Source: Candidatus Omnitrophota bacterium | Lineage (GTDB): Bacteria; Omnitrophota; Gorgyraeia; Gygaellales; Profunditerraquicolaceae | Length of the DNA stretch: 64,000 bases | Assembly (NCBI GenBank): GCA_018825985.1 | Contig: JAHKAP010000047.1 | Location: 2,719 to 66,718 of the forward strand | Reading direction: 5' to 3' | Shown: piece after piece, positions 9,749-19,406 of the stretch | How positions within the stretch are numbered: the stretch's first letter is position 1 | Layout of the letters: every line of letters starts with the position of its first letter | Position numbers and translations under genes: made by a program | The notes under the pieces: model-generated | What the model saw: the letters and a program-made list of their open reading frames with translations, nothing else | Told to the model about the DNA's origin: nothing | The model's database searches: none

Positions 9749-9777
9749 TTGACACCCGCCTAAAACAGTGGTATATT
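9749..9777 (+). promoter_or_regulatory. Sigma-70 promoter of rpsU
   Basis: TTGACA-17 bp-TATATT with TGn extension. Confidence 0.7.
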
Positions 9778-9790
9778 AAGAAAATATTAT

Positions 9791-9834
9791 TGGGGTCAGA
9801 ATTATTTTTTTGTTAAAAAATAATTCTGACCCCA
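9791..9834. repeat. Palindromic element family A, copy 1
   Basis: TGGGGTCAGAATTATTTTTT-tgtt-AAAAAATAATTCTGACCCCA. Confidence 0.9.
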
Positions 9835-9860
9835 TTTTAAAACGAAAGGGGATGATATTA

Positions 9861-10028
9861 GTGCCGGAAATCGAAATTAAGAAAGGCGAGTCTTTTGAAG
9901 GGGCGATGCGCCGTTTCAAGAGAAAGATCGAAGAAGAAGGGATTTTGAGGGAAGTTAGGGACCGTAAGCATTACGAAAAGCCCAGTGAGCGCAAAAGAAA
10001 GAAGATGAAGCAAAGCAAAAGAAGATAA
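9861..10028 (+). CDS. rpsU: 30S ribosomal protein S21 (GTG start)
   Basis: [28 protein letters not shown]; SD-like AAGGGG before GTG at 9861. Confidence 0.92.
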   Translation: MPEIEIKKGESFEGAMRRFKRKIEEEGILREVRDRKHYEKPSERKRKKMKQSKRR

Positions 10029-10942
10029 TGGGCTTGGCTCTTTCTAGTTCCTGGAATGCCTTTAGATATTCTAACGGCGTTCCATTGATCCAGGAGATAA
10101 AATCCTTAGGTTTTGATGAAGTAGAATTAAGCTTTAATCTTACCTCTTCAATGTTTAAGGATATCGAAGATCTAGTAAAAAAACGTTTTATACAAGTTAC
10201 CAGTCTGCACAATTATTGCCCTATACCGACGGGTTTAAAAAGGAAGAATGCTCTTCCTGATTATTATTCGCTTGCCTCAATAGACGGGCCGCAAAGAAAA
10301 AAAGCGGTTTTGGAGACCAAAAAAACAATTGATTCTGCTTCGCGGGTCAAGGCAAAGGCGGTAGTTTTGCATTGCGGGAGAGTGGAGATCCCCGACCCGA
10401 CCCGAGCTCTAATTGGCCTGTATAACCGCGGCTTAACGGGCACGGCTGAATTTTAGGATTTAAAAAAAGACGTCATCCGCAGGAGAAAGGCCAAGGCCGG
10501 GCCATTCCTGGAAAATACCCTGAAATCCCTGGGTGAGTTAAATAAATACGCTTTGAGTAAATCAATAAAGCTGGGTATTGAGACCCGTTTTTATTATCGC
10601 GAAATACCTTGTTTTGAAGAAATAGGCATAATTCTGGGTAAATTCCGGAATTCAAGCCTATTTTATTGGCACGATACCGGGCACGCCGAAGTTATGGATC
10701 GGTTAGGATTAGCCAGGCATATGGCATTTTTGGATTCATATTCCCCTGATTTATTGGGGATGCATCTTCATAATATCCAAGGTTGTATTGATCACCAGGC
10801 TCCTGTAGAAGGGGACTTTGATTTTAAATCTTTAAAGCCTTATCTTACGGGGGAAGCGATCAAAGTGATTGAGGCTCATCATCCGGCAACCCCTGAAGAT
10901 TTAATTGAGAGTAAAAAGCAACTAGAAGCATTATTTGGTTAA
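10028..10942 (+). pseudogene. Sugar phosphate isomerase/epimerase (AP endonuclease 2 TIM barrel) with one in-frame TAG at 10454-10456
   Basis: ORFs 10028-10456 and 10553-10942 share a frame and the gap is open; SLHNYCP, VVLHCG, LGIETR, WHDTGH, HLHN..DHQAP. Confidence 0.7.
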
Positions 10943-11056
10943 ACACGAATATACATGAATTATCCCGGCCTTCACATAAGTGGTTCGGGATCCCGACCGG
11001 GTAAATGCGAATATCAGGACACACGAATGGACGCGAATTTATTCGTGTTAATTAGT
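10943..11056. repeat. CACGAAT/ATTCGTG mirror array containing a 57-bp TCCCG..TCGGGA-TCCCGA..TCAGGA insert (10963-11019)
   Basis: acacgaat, acatgaat, acacgaat, acgcgaat then attcgtg, attagtg; insert resembles 22260-22316. Confidence 0.65.
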
Positions 11057-11106
11057 GAGAGCTTTGAATTTTTAAGATTCAATAGCGAATTTTTGAGAAT
11101 TTGTGT

Positions 11107-11931
11107 ATGATGGAAAAGAGCAGGATAAGAAAGGCTGTAGTCGCCGGGCAATTCTATCCTTCTTTAAAAGAAGATATTTTTAGCCAGATAGAGAGTTTTA
11201 TCGATAATAAGGCCGAGAAGTGCGATGGTTTAGCCTGTGTCCTGCCTCATGCCGGATATATGTATTCCGGTAAAGTGGCCGTAGAAACAATATCCCGGCT
11301 GAAGGTTAGAAAAAAAATCATTCTTTTAGGTCCTAACCATACCGGATACGGAGCGCGGTTCAGCCTGATGAGCGAAGGGGTTTGGATGACTCCTTTAGGG
11401 CAGGTAAAGATTGCTGAAGTCCTGGCCAAGGGGATGCTTTCAGGGTCAAAGTACCTAAAAAGCGATCATCTGGCTCATGACTATGAGCATTCTCTGGAAG
11501 TAGAATTGCCGATATTGCAGTATTTTAACCCTGATTTTGAGATTGTACCGGTAACCATTCTTTCTCAGGATAAAACAGCGTTAAAAGATCTGGGCCGGGA
11601 GATCGCCGAAGCGGTTAAAGTAAGCGATAATCCCAATGACATAATGATCATAGCTAGTTCTGATATGACCCATTATGAGCCGCAGAAGCAAGCTGAACAG
11701 AAAGATAAAGAGGCGATCGAGGCTATTTTAAGCCTGGATGAAGAGAGGCTTTTTGATAAGGTAAAAAGATTGAATATTACGATGTGCGGGTATGCCGCGG
11801 TGATAGTTATGTTAAGCGCCGTTAAATTGCTGGGGGCTAAGTCCGCAAAGCTGGTAAGTTATATGACCAGCGGCCAGGCCAGCGGTGATTATGAAAGCGT
11901 GGTAGGCTACGCCGGGATAATAATATCTTAA
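11107..11931 (+). CDS. amrB: MEMO1 / AmmeMemoRadiSam protein B paralog
   Basis: AGQFYP, PHAGYMYSG, GPNHTG, EHSLEV, SSDMTHY, TMCG and VVGYA. Confidence 0.9.
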   Translation: MMEKSRIRKAVVAGQFYPSLKEDIFSQIESFIDNKAEKCDGLACVLPHAGYMYSGKVAVETISRLKVRKKIILLGPNHTGYGARFSLMSEGVWMTPLGQVKIAEVLAKGMLSGSKYLKSDHLAHDYEHSLEVELPILQYFNPDFEIVPVTILSQDKTALKDLGREIAEAVKVSDNPNDIMIIASSDMTHYEPQKQAEQKDKEAIEAILSLDEERLFDKVKRLNITMCGYAAVIVMLSAVKLLGAKSAKLVSYMTSGQASGDYESVVGYAGIIIS

Positions 11932-11947
11932 AAGGAAGGTCGCTGAT

Positions 11948-12295
11948 ATGGACGAGAAAGAAAAAAACATCGATGAGAGCTGGAAGGAAACAGTAGCCAA
12001 AGAAAAAGAGTCTTTAAAAAAAGATAATGGTTTTGCCCCTCCTGAGCCGGACTTCTCCTTTTTTATCACTACTTTATCCCTGCAGGCCTCTATTGCCCTG
12101 GGAAAGATCCCTAATCCTGGGACCAACCAAAAAGAGAATAACCCTGAGCAGGCAAAATTCATAATTGATACCCTGGCGATGTTGAAAGAGAAAACCGCCG
12201 GTAATTTAAAAAAAGAAGAAGGCGAACTTTTAGAAAACCTGCTGTATGAATTGAGGATGGAGTATATATCCTTATCGAAAGAGAGGTTAAAATGA
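11948..12295 (+). CDS. DUF1844 family protein
   Basis: FSFFITTL..LGKIPNP..AKFIIDTLAMLKEKTAGNL..LYELRM. Confidence 0.8.
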   Translation: MDEKEKNIDESWKETVAKEKESLKKDNGFAPPEPDFSFFITTLSLQASIALGKIPNPGTNQKENNPEQAKFIIDTLAMLKEKTAGNLKKEEGELLENLLYELRMEYISLSKERLK

Positions 12296-12444
12296 TCGAT
12301 AAAGAGCTGTTGGATATTTTGGCCTGCCCGGACTGCAAAGGTGATGTGGAGTTAAAAGAAGAAAAGATTGTTTGTAAGAAATGCGGCAAGAAATATCCTA
12401 TTAAAGACGGCATCCCGGTAATGTTGATTGACGAGGCCGAATGA
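12292..12444 (+). CDS. Trm112-like (YcaR) small protein, missing from ORF track
   Basis: [42 protein letters not shown]; overlaps both neighbours by ATGA. Confidence 0.88.
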   Translation: MIDKELLDILACPDCKGDVELKEEKIVCKKCGKKYPIKDGIPVMLIDEAE

Positions 12445-12872
12445 TAAGAATATTAGTGATCCATGGCCCGAATTTAAATCTTCTCGGGGCAAGAGAACCC
12501 GAGGTCTACGGCCGGATAACCCTGAAAGCCATTAACCAGGCTTTAAAAAAAATGGCCGGTAAAAAGAAAGTTGGTTTGTCGATCATTCAGTCTAACCACG
12601 AAGGCGAAATAGTCGATAAAATCCACCAGGCCGGCAAAAAATTCCAGGGGATATTAATAAATCCCGCAGCTTATACCCATACGAGCGTAGCCATCAGGGA
12701 TTGCCTGGCCGGATGCGCTATTCCTACGGTTGAGGTCCATCTCTCCAATATTTATTTCCGGGAAGAATTTCGTCAAAAATCCTTGGTAACTCCTGTGGTG
12801 AAGGGTACGGTTATGGGTTTTGGCAAAAATAGCTATTTGCTGGGATTAGAGGCCCTCCTGGATATAATATAG
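12441..12872 (+). CDS. aroQ: Type II 3-dehydroquinate dehydratase
   Basis: [33 protein letters not shown] and EVHLSN. Confidence 0.95.
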   Translation: MIRILVIHGPNLNLLGAREPEVYGRITLKAINQALKKMAGKKKVGLSIIQSNHEGEIVDKIHQAGKKFQGILINPAAYTHTSVAIRDCLAGCAIPTVEVHLSNIYFREEFRQKSLVTPVVKGTVMGFGKNSYLLGLEALLDII

Positions 12873-12874
12873 AA

Positions 12875-12937
12875 AAATGGGGTCAGAATTATTTTTTCTC
12901 TGGTCTACTTTCTAAAAAAATAATTCTGACCCCATTT
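12875..12937. repeat. Palindromic element family A, copy 2
   Basis: AAATGGGGTCAGAATTATTTTTT..AAAAAATAATTCTGACCCCATTT. Confidence 0.9.
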
Positions 12938-12948
12938 CTCAGAGGTAT

Positions 12949-14010
12949 ATGAATAACAAAATAAAAGATATTTACCATAAATTAAAAGAAGAAGGCTTGG
13001 ATGCATTGCTGGTGTTATCGCCGGCTAATATTTCTTACCTGACGGGTTTTTTATCCAGAGATGCCCATCTATTAGTTTCTTCGAAAAAGAATATTTATTT
13101 TACCGACAGCCGTTATATCCAGGCAGTAAGAAAAAGTTTAAAAGGTTGCCTTCTTAAAGAGGCAGATTCTAACGGTTTTAAACACTTTATGGAGGCTTTT
13201 TATAAATTAGGTTTTAAGCGCCTTGGTTTTGAGAAAGAGCATTTATCGTTAGCGCTTTATCAGAAGCTCAGGAGAGAATCTGCCGGCAGGGGAATTACAT
13301 TGATCCCGGTCTGCGGAATCATAGAGGAGTTTAGGCAGATAAAAAATGAAGATGAACTGGAAAAGATTCGGTTTGCCTGCGGCATAGCCATAAAGGCTTT
13401 AAGGAATATAAAAGATTTTATTGCGCCCGGGAAAAGAGAGATAGAAGTGGCTGGAGAGCTGGAACGGTATCTGCGTTACGCAGGCGCATCCCGGGCCTCT
13501 TTTGATATAATAGTAGCCTCGGGGCCTAATTCCAGCCTTCCGCATCATATAACCGGCTCAAGGAAGATCAGAGATAATGAACCGGTGCTGGTGGATGTTG
13601 GGGCTGATTATTTGGGTTATAAATCTGACTTGACAAGGGTTTTCTTCTCAGGTAGAATAAACACTCTTTATAGAAAGATCCAGGATATAGTCCATAAAGC
13701 CCGGGATCTGGCCGTGCAAGAGATAAAACCCGGCAAGATCGCCCGGGATATTGATTTTCTGGCCCGTTCATTTATAGCTGAAAAAGGGTATGGGAAGTAT
13801 TTTTTCCATAGCCTGGGCCATGGGATAGGTTTAGAGGTCCACGAAGGCCTGAGCCTATCCCCTAAAAGCGATAATATTTTAAAATCCGGAATGGTATTAA
13901 CGGTTGAGCCGGCAATATACCTGCCTGATAAGTTCGGCTCAAGGGTTGAAGAGATGGTTTTAGTTACCAGGAAAGGATGCGAGGTGCTTAGTGGGGCTCT
14001 CGATAAATGA
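12949..14010 (+). CDS. Xaa-Pro aminopeptidase (M24)
   Basis: Creatinase-like N domain; SDLTR, HSLGHGIGLEVHE and TVEPAIY. Confidence 0.9.
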   Translation: MNNKIKDIYHKLKEEGLDALLVLSPANISYLTGFLSRDAHLLVSSKKNIYFTDSRYIQAVRKSLKGCLLKEADSNGFKHFMEAFYKLGFKRLGFEKEHLSLALYQKLRRESAGRGITLIPVCGIIEEFRQIKNEDELEKIRFACGIAIKALRNIKDFIAPGKREIEVAGELERYLRYAGASRASFDIIVASGPNSSLPHHITGSRKIRDNEPVLVDVGADYLGYKSDLTRVFFSGRINTLYRKIQDIVHKARDLAVQEIKPGKIARDIDFLARSFIAEKGYGKYFFHSLGHGIGLEVHEGLSLSPKSDNILKSGMVLTVEPAIYLPDKFGSRVEEMVLVTRKGCEVLSGALDK

Positions 14011-14560
14011 AATTAAAAACGGTTTAACTTTATTGATAGACAATGATGCATATGTAGTCATTGATTTTCAGCAGGTCAAGCCTGGAAAAGGCGCTGCTTT
14101 TGTCCGGGTTAAAATACGCAATCTTAAGACCGGAAATGTGCAGGAGAGGACTTTTCGGGGCGATGAAAAGATAGATGAGGCTTATATAGAGGAACGCAAA
14201 CTCCAGTATCTTTACCTCTCGGGAGAGATGTATCATTTTATGGATCAGGAGAATTATGAGGAATTGGCGATCTCCAAGGATGTTCTAGGAGAAAAGACCA
14301 GATTCCTTAAAGACAGTCTGGATATTATCGCCTATCAATATAAAGACGAGGTTTTAAACGTAAACCTCCCTAATTTCGTGGAGTTTGAGATTATTCATAC
14401 CGAACCGGGTATTAAAGGAGATACGGCTAAAAGCGGCACTAAACCCGCTGAGATTGAGACCGGGGCCAGTATTCAGGTTCCGCTTTTTATCAACACCGGA
14501 GACAGGATTAAAGTGGATACCCGATCCGGCAGTTATATTGAAAGGGCGTCCGGATCATAA
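13991..14560 (+). CDS. efp: Elongation factor P
   Basis: KPGKGAAFVRVK, PGIKGDT and VPLFI..GDRIKVDTR. Confidence 0.95.
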   Translation: MGLSINEIKNGLTLLIDNDAYVVIDFQQVKPGKGAAFVRVKIRNLKTGNVQERTFRGDEKIDEAYIEERKLQYLYLSGEMYHFMDQENYEELAISKDVLGEKTRFLKDSLDIIAYQYKDEVLNVNLPNFVEFEIIHTEPGIKGDTAKSGTKPAEIETGASIQVPLFINTGDRIKVDTRSGSYIERASGS

Positions 14561-14581
14561 CAAAGGGAGCTTGGGGTGAAC

Positions 14582-14732
14582 CCAGCACCTTCTTTATAAA
14601 TCAGTAATTATAATACAACGCTTTAGTTTCGTTAATAAGAAAGAAGGTGCTGGATGAATCCCGCACCTTCCAAAAGATTAAATAACTTAAAGCGAACGGT
14701 TTTAATATCATTAATAAAAAGGAAGGTGCTGG
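14582..14732. mobile_element. Two tandem ~73-bp MITE-like elements (GCACCTTC..GAAGGTGC) at the accB start
   Basis: Units 14582-14653 and 14660-14732, separated and flanked by RTGAAY. Confidence 0.7.
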
Positions 14733-15194
14733 ATGAATATCAAAGAAATTAAAGAGATGATCAATCTCATGAATGAAAACGAATTAGTGGAGCTGGAAGT
14801 TGAAAAAGAGGGTATGCGTATAAGGTTAAAGAAAACCACGGCTGAGACTCAAGGATATAACGGGCCGGTAGTCATAGATAGGCAAAAGATGCCTGAGGCA
14901 TCGCATCATAAAGAAACCGGCATTTCGGCAATTACCGAAAAACCCCAGATAAAAACAGTGGAAGTAAAGGCTCCGATGGTCGGGACTTTTTACCGCGCCC
15001 CTTCTCCGGAAGCGCCTCCTTATGCTGAAGTAGGCCAGGTTGTAGAGCCGGGCCAGGTGGTCTGTATTATCGAAGCTATGAAATTAATGAATGAGATTAA
15101 ATCTGAGATCCGGGGGAAGATCGTTGATATTCAGGTTGACAATGCCGAGCCGGTTGAGTTTGGCCAGCCGATGTTCATTATAGAACCTCTATAA
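14733..15194 (+). CDS. accB: Biotin carboxyl carrier protein
   Basis: [13 protein letters not shown] and [10 protein letters not shown]. Confidence 0.95.
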   Translation: MNIKEIKEMINLMNENELVELEVEKEGMRIRLKKTTAETQGYNGPVVIDRQKMPEASHHKETGISAITEKPQIKTVEVKAPMVGTFYRAPSPEAPPYAEVGQVVEPGQVVCIIEAMKLMNEIKSEIRGKIVDIQVDNAEPVEFGQPMFIIEPL

Positions 15195-15198
15195 AATA

Positions 15199-16560
15199 AT
15201 GTTTTCTAAAATATTAATAGCTAACCGCGGTGAAATAGCCCTAAGGATCATCAGGGCCTGTAAAGAATTGGGCATTCGTACGGTAGCGGTATATTCCCAG
15301 GCCGACAAGAATTCTCTGCACGTGCGTTTTGCGGATGAGGCGGTCTGCATAGGCCAGCCTGCCAGCAGTAAGAGTTATCTTAATATTCCTTCTATTATAA
15401 GCGCGGCTGAAATCACCGATGTGGAAGCGATCCATCCCGGATATGGTTTTTTAGCTGAAAATTCCCACTTTGCTGAAATATGCGAGTCCTGTAATATTAA
15501 ATTCATCGGCCCTACTGCGGAGAATATCCGGATGATGGGCGATAAAATGAACGCCCGCAACACGATGCAAAAGGCGGGTTTACCGATTATCCCGGGCAGT
15601 ACCGGTATCATAAAAAATAAAGATGAGGCGGTTAAAATCGCCAAAAGAATTGGTTATCCGGTGATCATTAAGGCTTCAGCCGGCGGCGGCGGCAAAGGGA
15701 TGCGTATTTGTCATAACGATATTACTCTGGCTTCCAGCTTTATGACTGCCCAGTCTGAGGCAGAGGTCAATTTCGGCAATCCGGCAGTATACATCGAAAA
15801 ATACCTGGAAAAACCACGGCATATTGAGATTCAAATCCTGGCTGATAATTACGGGCATGTCCTTCATTTAGGCGAGAGGGATTGTAGTATTCAAAGAAGG
15901 CACCAGAAATTGCTGGAAGAATCTCCTTCTTTAGCGGTTGATAGCAAATTGCGCAAGCGTTTAGGCGAATTAGCGGTAAAGGCGGCCAAGGCTCTGAATT
16001 ATTCTAATGTCGGGACTATGGAATTTCTTTTGGATAAACATAAGAATTTTTATTTTATGGAGATGAATACCCGGATCCAGGTTGAGCATTCGGTAACCGA
16101 GATGGTTACCGGCATCGATATGATTAAGGAGCAGATATACGTTGCTTCCGGAGGAAAACTTAAAATACGCCAGGATGATATTAAGTTTAAGGGCGCTGCT
16201 ATTGAATGCCGGATAAACGCCGAAGATTATGAAAATAATTTTATGCCGTCTCCCGGTAAAATAGAAACTCTTAATCTGCCCGGCGGGCCGGGGGTACGCG
16301 TGGATACCCATATTTATCCCGGATACGAAATTCCTACTTATTATGATTCTCTGATTGCGAAATTAATAGTCCACGGCAATAGCCGGGAAGAGGCGATCAT
16401 GATTATGCGCCGGGCCTTAAATGAGTTTATCATTGGTCCCATTAAGTCAACCGTAAACTTTCACATCCGTCTTTTGGACAATCCTTTGTTCTTGAAGGGC
16501 GATATATCCACGCATTTTGTGCAGGAGATGCTCGCTGAGGTATTTGAAAAAACAGAATAG
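15199..16560 (+). CDS. accC: Biotin carboxylase
   Basis: [26 protein letters not shown] and [10 protein letters not shown]. Confidence 0.96.
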   Translation: MFSKILIANRGEIALRIIRACKELGIRTVAVYSQADKNSLHVRFADEAVCIGQPASSKSYLNIPSIISAAEITDVEAIHPGYGFLAENSHFAEICESCNIKFIGPTAENIRMMGDKMNARNTMQKAGLPIIPGSTGIIKNKDEAVKIAKRIGYPVIIKASAGGGGKGMRICHNDITLASSFMTAQSEAEVNFGNPAVYIEKYLEKPRHIEIQILADNYGHVLHLGERDCSIQRRHQKLLEESPSLAVDSKLRKRLGELAVKAAKALNYSNVGTMEFLLDKHKNFYFMEMNTRIQVEHSVTEMVTGIDMIKEQIYVASGGKLKIRQDDIKFKGAAIECRINAEDYENNFMPSPGKIETLNLPGGPGVRVDTHIYPGYEIPTYYDSLIAKLIVHGNSREEAIMIMRRALNEFIIGPIKSTVNFHIRLLDNPLFLKGDISTHFVQEMLAEVFEKTE

Positions 16561-16569
16561 GATTTATTT

Positions 16570-16926
16570 ATGTTAGATAGGCAGGATTCGCGCACAGATC
16601 TGGGCATAATCAGGATCCATAAGAATGCCATAGCATCGATTACTTCTATAGCTGCCAGCGAAATAGAAGGGGTAAGTTTCCTGGGAGAGAGTTTTAGATT
16701 TAGCTGGTGGTTATTGTTGCGCAAGAAAAAGGCCTGTTCGATCAGGGTAGAGATTGATAAGAATCAGGAATTAAAGATTACCATACCTCTGGTAGTAAAA
16801 TACGGGTTTAATATTCCCGATATAGCTTCAAGTGTCCAGGAGAATGTGCGGCAAGCGTTAGAAAATAGCACTAATCTCACTTTAAAAGATATAGATATCG
16901 TGGTCAAGGGCGTAAAGAAAGATTAA
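16570..16926 (+). CDS. Asp23/Gls24 family protein
   Basis: LGIIRI..IASI..EIEGV and VKYGFNIPDIA..VQENV; follows accC as yqhY does. Confidence 0.85.
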   Translation: MLDRQDSRTDLGIIRIHKNAIASITSIAASEIEGVSFLGESFRFSWWLLLRKKKACSIRVEIDKNQELKITIPLVVKYGFNIPDIASSVQENVRQALENSTNLTLKDIDIVVKGVKKD

Positions 16927-16929
16927 TCG

Positions 16930-17015
16930 TCCCGCTCCGCAAGAGGCGTCAAAAATTTTCCGTGAATTTTTGACTTGCTCCGCGGGATCTCACTAAATGT
17001 CCGCCTTAGGCGGAC
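16930..17015. repeat. TCCCGC..GCGGGA hairpin element (16930-16987) plus GTCCGCCTTAGGCGGAC palindrome (16999-17015)
   Basis: Nested inverted repeats including GTCAAAAATT/AATTTTTGAC. Confidence 0.6.
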
Positions 17016-17042
17016 GTATTATAGGTGTTCGAGGAGGTATAC

Positions 17043-17651
17043 ATGAGAGTATTTACGGTGGTATTTTATACGATTGTACTTATATTAATCGGTATCAGTA
17101 TGGTATTGTTTTCTCTGGCGCTGACTTTTAATTTTCTGGATATTGAGAGTATAAGTAAGATCTTAGGCTACATTCATTCCAATATGAATATTCGGATCAT
17201 TCTCGGAGGGTCAGGGTTGGCCCTGGTGCTGATCAGTATTTCTTTTGCCCAGGTTGTCCTCGGCCGTTTCCAGCGCGAAAAAACAATCGCTTTTTCCACT
17301 GCCAGCGGTGAGGTCACCATCGCCCTTTCAGCTATCGAAGACCTGCTTAAACATTTTATTTTTATCCTGCCGGAGATCAAAGAATTAAAGCCGGATGTGA
17401 TCGCCGGAAAAAAGGGGATACTTGTTAACCTGAGGGTGGTTTTAAAATCCGAGGCTAACCTGCCGGAGCTGACAGCCCGGCTTCAGGAGATGACCCGGTC
17501 TAAGATTCAGGAAGTCCTAGGCGTGGAAGAGGAGATAATTACCAGGATACATATAGCCAAGATTATCTCCCGGGATGAAAAAGATAAAAAAAGAAAAGAG
17601 CTTGAGAAAGAAGAAACTACTATTCCCTTTGGTGGTTATGGTAGAGCTTAA
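17043..17651 (+). CDS. amaP: Alkaline shock response membrane anchor AmaP-like protein
   Basis: Two N-terminal TMs, GEVTIALSAIEDL; next to Asp23. Confidence 0.7.
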   Translation: MRVFTVVFYTIVLILIGISMVLFSLALTFNFLDIESISKILGYIHSNMNIRIILGGSGLALVLISISFAQVVLGRFQREKTIAFSTASGEVTIALSAIEDLLKHFIFILPEIKELKPDVIAGKKGILVNLRVVLKSEANLPELTARLQEMTRSKIQEVLGVEEEIITRIHIAKIISRDEKDKKRKELEKEETTIPFGGYGRA

Positions 17652-17668
17652 AAGGAGGAAATTCTAAT

Positions 17669-18697
17669 ATGAAGATCGGTATTCTTACGGGCGGCGGGGA
17701 TTGTCCCGGCCTGAACCCGGTAATCCGGGCAGTAGTGCGTAAAGCTCATTGTGAAGGTTATGAAGTAATTGGTTTTAAGAACGGCTGGAAGGGGCTTATT
17801 GAAAACGATACGCTAAAACTTGATCTTGGCGCGGTTTCCGGGATTCTGCCTAAGGGCGGGACTATCCTGGGCACCAGCAGGACTAATCCTTACAAAAAAG
17901 AAGGCGCGCTCGAGAAAGTAAAACAGAATTTTACCAAGATGGGTTTAGACGCCCTGGTTGCGGTGGGAGGCGAAGACACACTTGGCGTGGCTTCAAGATT
18001 AACCCGGGATGGCGTACCTAATATCGTCGGGGTTCCTAAGACCATTGATAATGATCTTTCTTGTACTGATTATACTTTTGGTTTCGATACTGCGGTCAAT
18101 ACCGTGATGGAGTGCATAGACCGGCTGCATACTACCGCTGAAAGCCATCATCGTATTATTGTGGCTGAGGTTATGGGCAGGCACGCGGGATGGATCGCGC
18201 TTGAAGCAGGATTGGCCGGAGGCGCGGATGTGATCCTTATCCCGGAAATTCCCATAGATATGGATGAGGTCTGCGCTATAATTAAAAAAAGGCACCAGAG
18301 AGGCAAAACTTTTAGTATCGTAGTTGTTGCCGAAGGCGCTCAATTTAAAGATAAGGATATGGTTACTCAGGAAGAGAAACTGGATGAGTTTGGCCATGTG
18401 CGATTAGGAGGTATAGGCGAATTCTTAGGGGGAGAGATCGAGAAGCGCACCGGTTATGAGACCAGGATCAGCGTGCTTGGACATATTCAAAGAGGCGGTT
18501 CTCCTACTGCTTTTGACCGGGTCTTAGGCACTCGGTTCGGGGTAAAGGCTGTTGAATTGATCAAAAATAAAAAATTCGGCAGGATGGTTGCCTTGGCGGG
18601 GAATAAGATAGTTGACTTTCCTTTGGAAGAGGCAGTCAAGGCTTTAAAAACCGTGGATCAGGAGCTATATGATATAGCTAAAGTATTTTCCGGGTGA
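17669..18697 (+). CDS. pfkA: 6-phosphofructokinase (PfkA family)
   Basis: TGGGDCPGLN, GGTILGTSR, PKTIDND, EVMGRHAG and LGHIQRGG. Confidence 0.93.
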   Translation: MKIGILTGGGDCPGLNPVIRAVVRKAHCEGYEVIGFKNGWKGLIENDTLKLDLGAVSGILPKGGTILGTSRTNPYKKEGALEKVKQNFTKMGLDALVAVGGEDTLGVASRLTRDGVPNIVGVPKTIDNDLSCTDYTFGFDTAVNTVMECIDRLHTTAESHHRIIVAEVMGRHAGWIALEAGLAGGADVILIPEIPIDMDEVCAIIKKRHQRGKTFSIVVVAEGAQFKDKDMVTQEEKLDEFGHVRLGGIGEFLGGEIEKRTGYETRISVLGHIQRGGSPTAFDRVLGTRFGVKAVELIKNKKFGRMVALAGNKIVDFPLEEAVKALKTVDQELYDIAKVFSG

Positions 18698-18727
18698 AAG
18701 AGAAATTAAAAAGCTATTTATTTATAT

Positions 18728-18802
18728 GATTCCAGAGATTAAAAGGCAGATTCCAGAGATTTTGTTTTAATCGTTGTAATCTTCCTAAGAATCGCTGTAA
18801 TC
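18728..18802. repeat. Mirror array 2x GATTCCAGAGATT / 2x AATCGYTGTAATC
   Basis: Direct repeats followed by imperfect reverse complements. Confidence 0.6.
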
Positions 18803-18839
18803 AGGTATAAACCATAGAATTATTTTCTAGGAGAATACC

Positions 18840-19406
18840 ATGAGAGATAGAATAAAAGAAATTTTGTTAGAAAGTATTCAGATCAAAGAAGATGTTTTGC
18901 ATAATCGTATCGACCAGATCATTGAAATAACTAACCTGTTCATCGACTGCCTGAAAAAAGGCGGTAAAGTTATTTTTTTCGGCAACGGCGGTTCTGCCAG
19001 CGACAGCCAGCATCTGGCCGCTGAACTGGTAGGTAGGTTTAAAAAAGACCGTTTGGCCCTACCGGCAATATCATTAACTACTAATACCTCAATTTTGACT
19101 TCTTTGGCAAATGATTATGGTTATGATGTGGTTTTTTCCAGACAGATTGAGGCCTTAGGGAGTAAAAATGATTTAGCGATCGGGATTTCGACCAGCGGAA
19201 AGGCAAAAAATGTGGCGATGGCTATAAAACAGGCCAAGAAGATGGGGCTTAAAACAATTGCTTTTACCGGAGGAGATGGCGGAGAGTTGGTTAAATTGGC
19301 TGATGTCTCGCTGATGATTAATTCCGCGGTTACCGCCCGGATACAGGAAGCCCATATTACTATCGGGCACATTATATGCGAACTGGTGGAAGAGGCGATG
19401 GGTTGA
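18840..19406 (+). CDS. gmhA: D-sedoheptulose 7-phosphate isomerase
   Basis: GNGGSASDSQHLAAELVGRF, ANDYG, STSG and ARIQEAH. Confidence 0.93.
   Translation: MRDRIKEILLESIQIKEDVLHNRIDQIIEITNLFIDCLKKGGKVIFFGNGGSASDSQHLAAELVGRFKKDRLALPAISLTTNTSILTSLANDYGYDVVFSRQIEALGSKNDLAIGISTSGKAKNVAMAIKQAKKMGLKTIAFTGGDGGELVKLADVSLMINSAVTARIQEAHITIGHIICELVEEAMG

Noticed and set aside
9810-9860. Extended N-terminus of RpsU in the ORF track
   Set aside because: It is read through the family A palindrome; GTG at 9861 has an SD and gives normal S21 length
14576-14738. Repeat-spacer-repeat pattern as a mini CRISPR
   Set aside because: Units are inverted-repeat-bounded with homologous interiors, and a solitary copy exists at 24744
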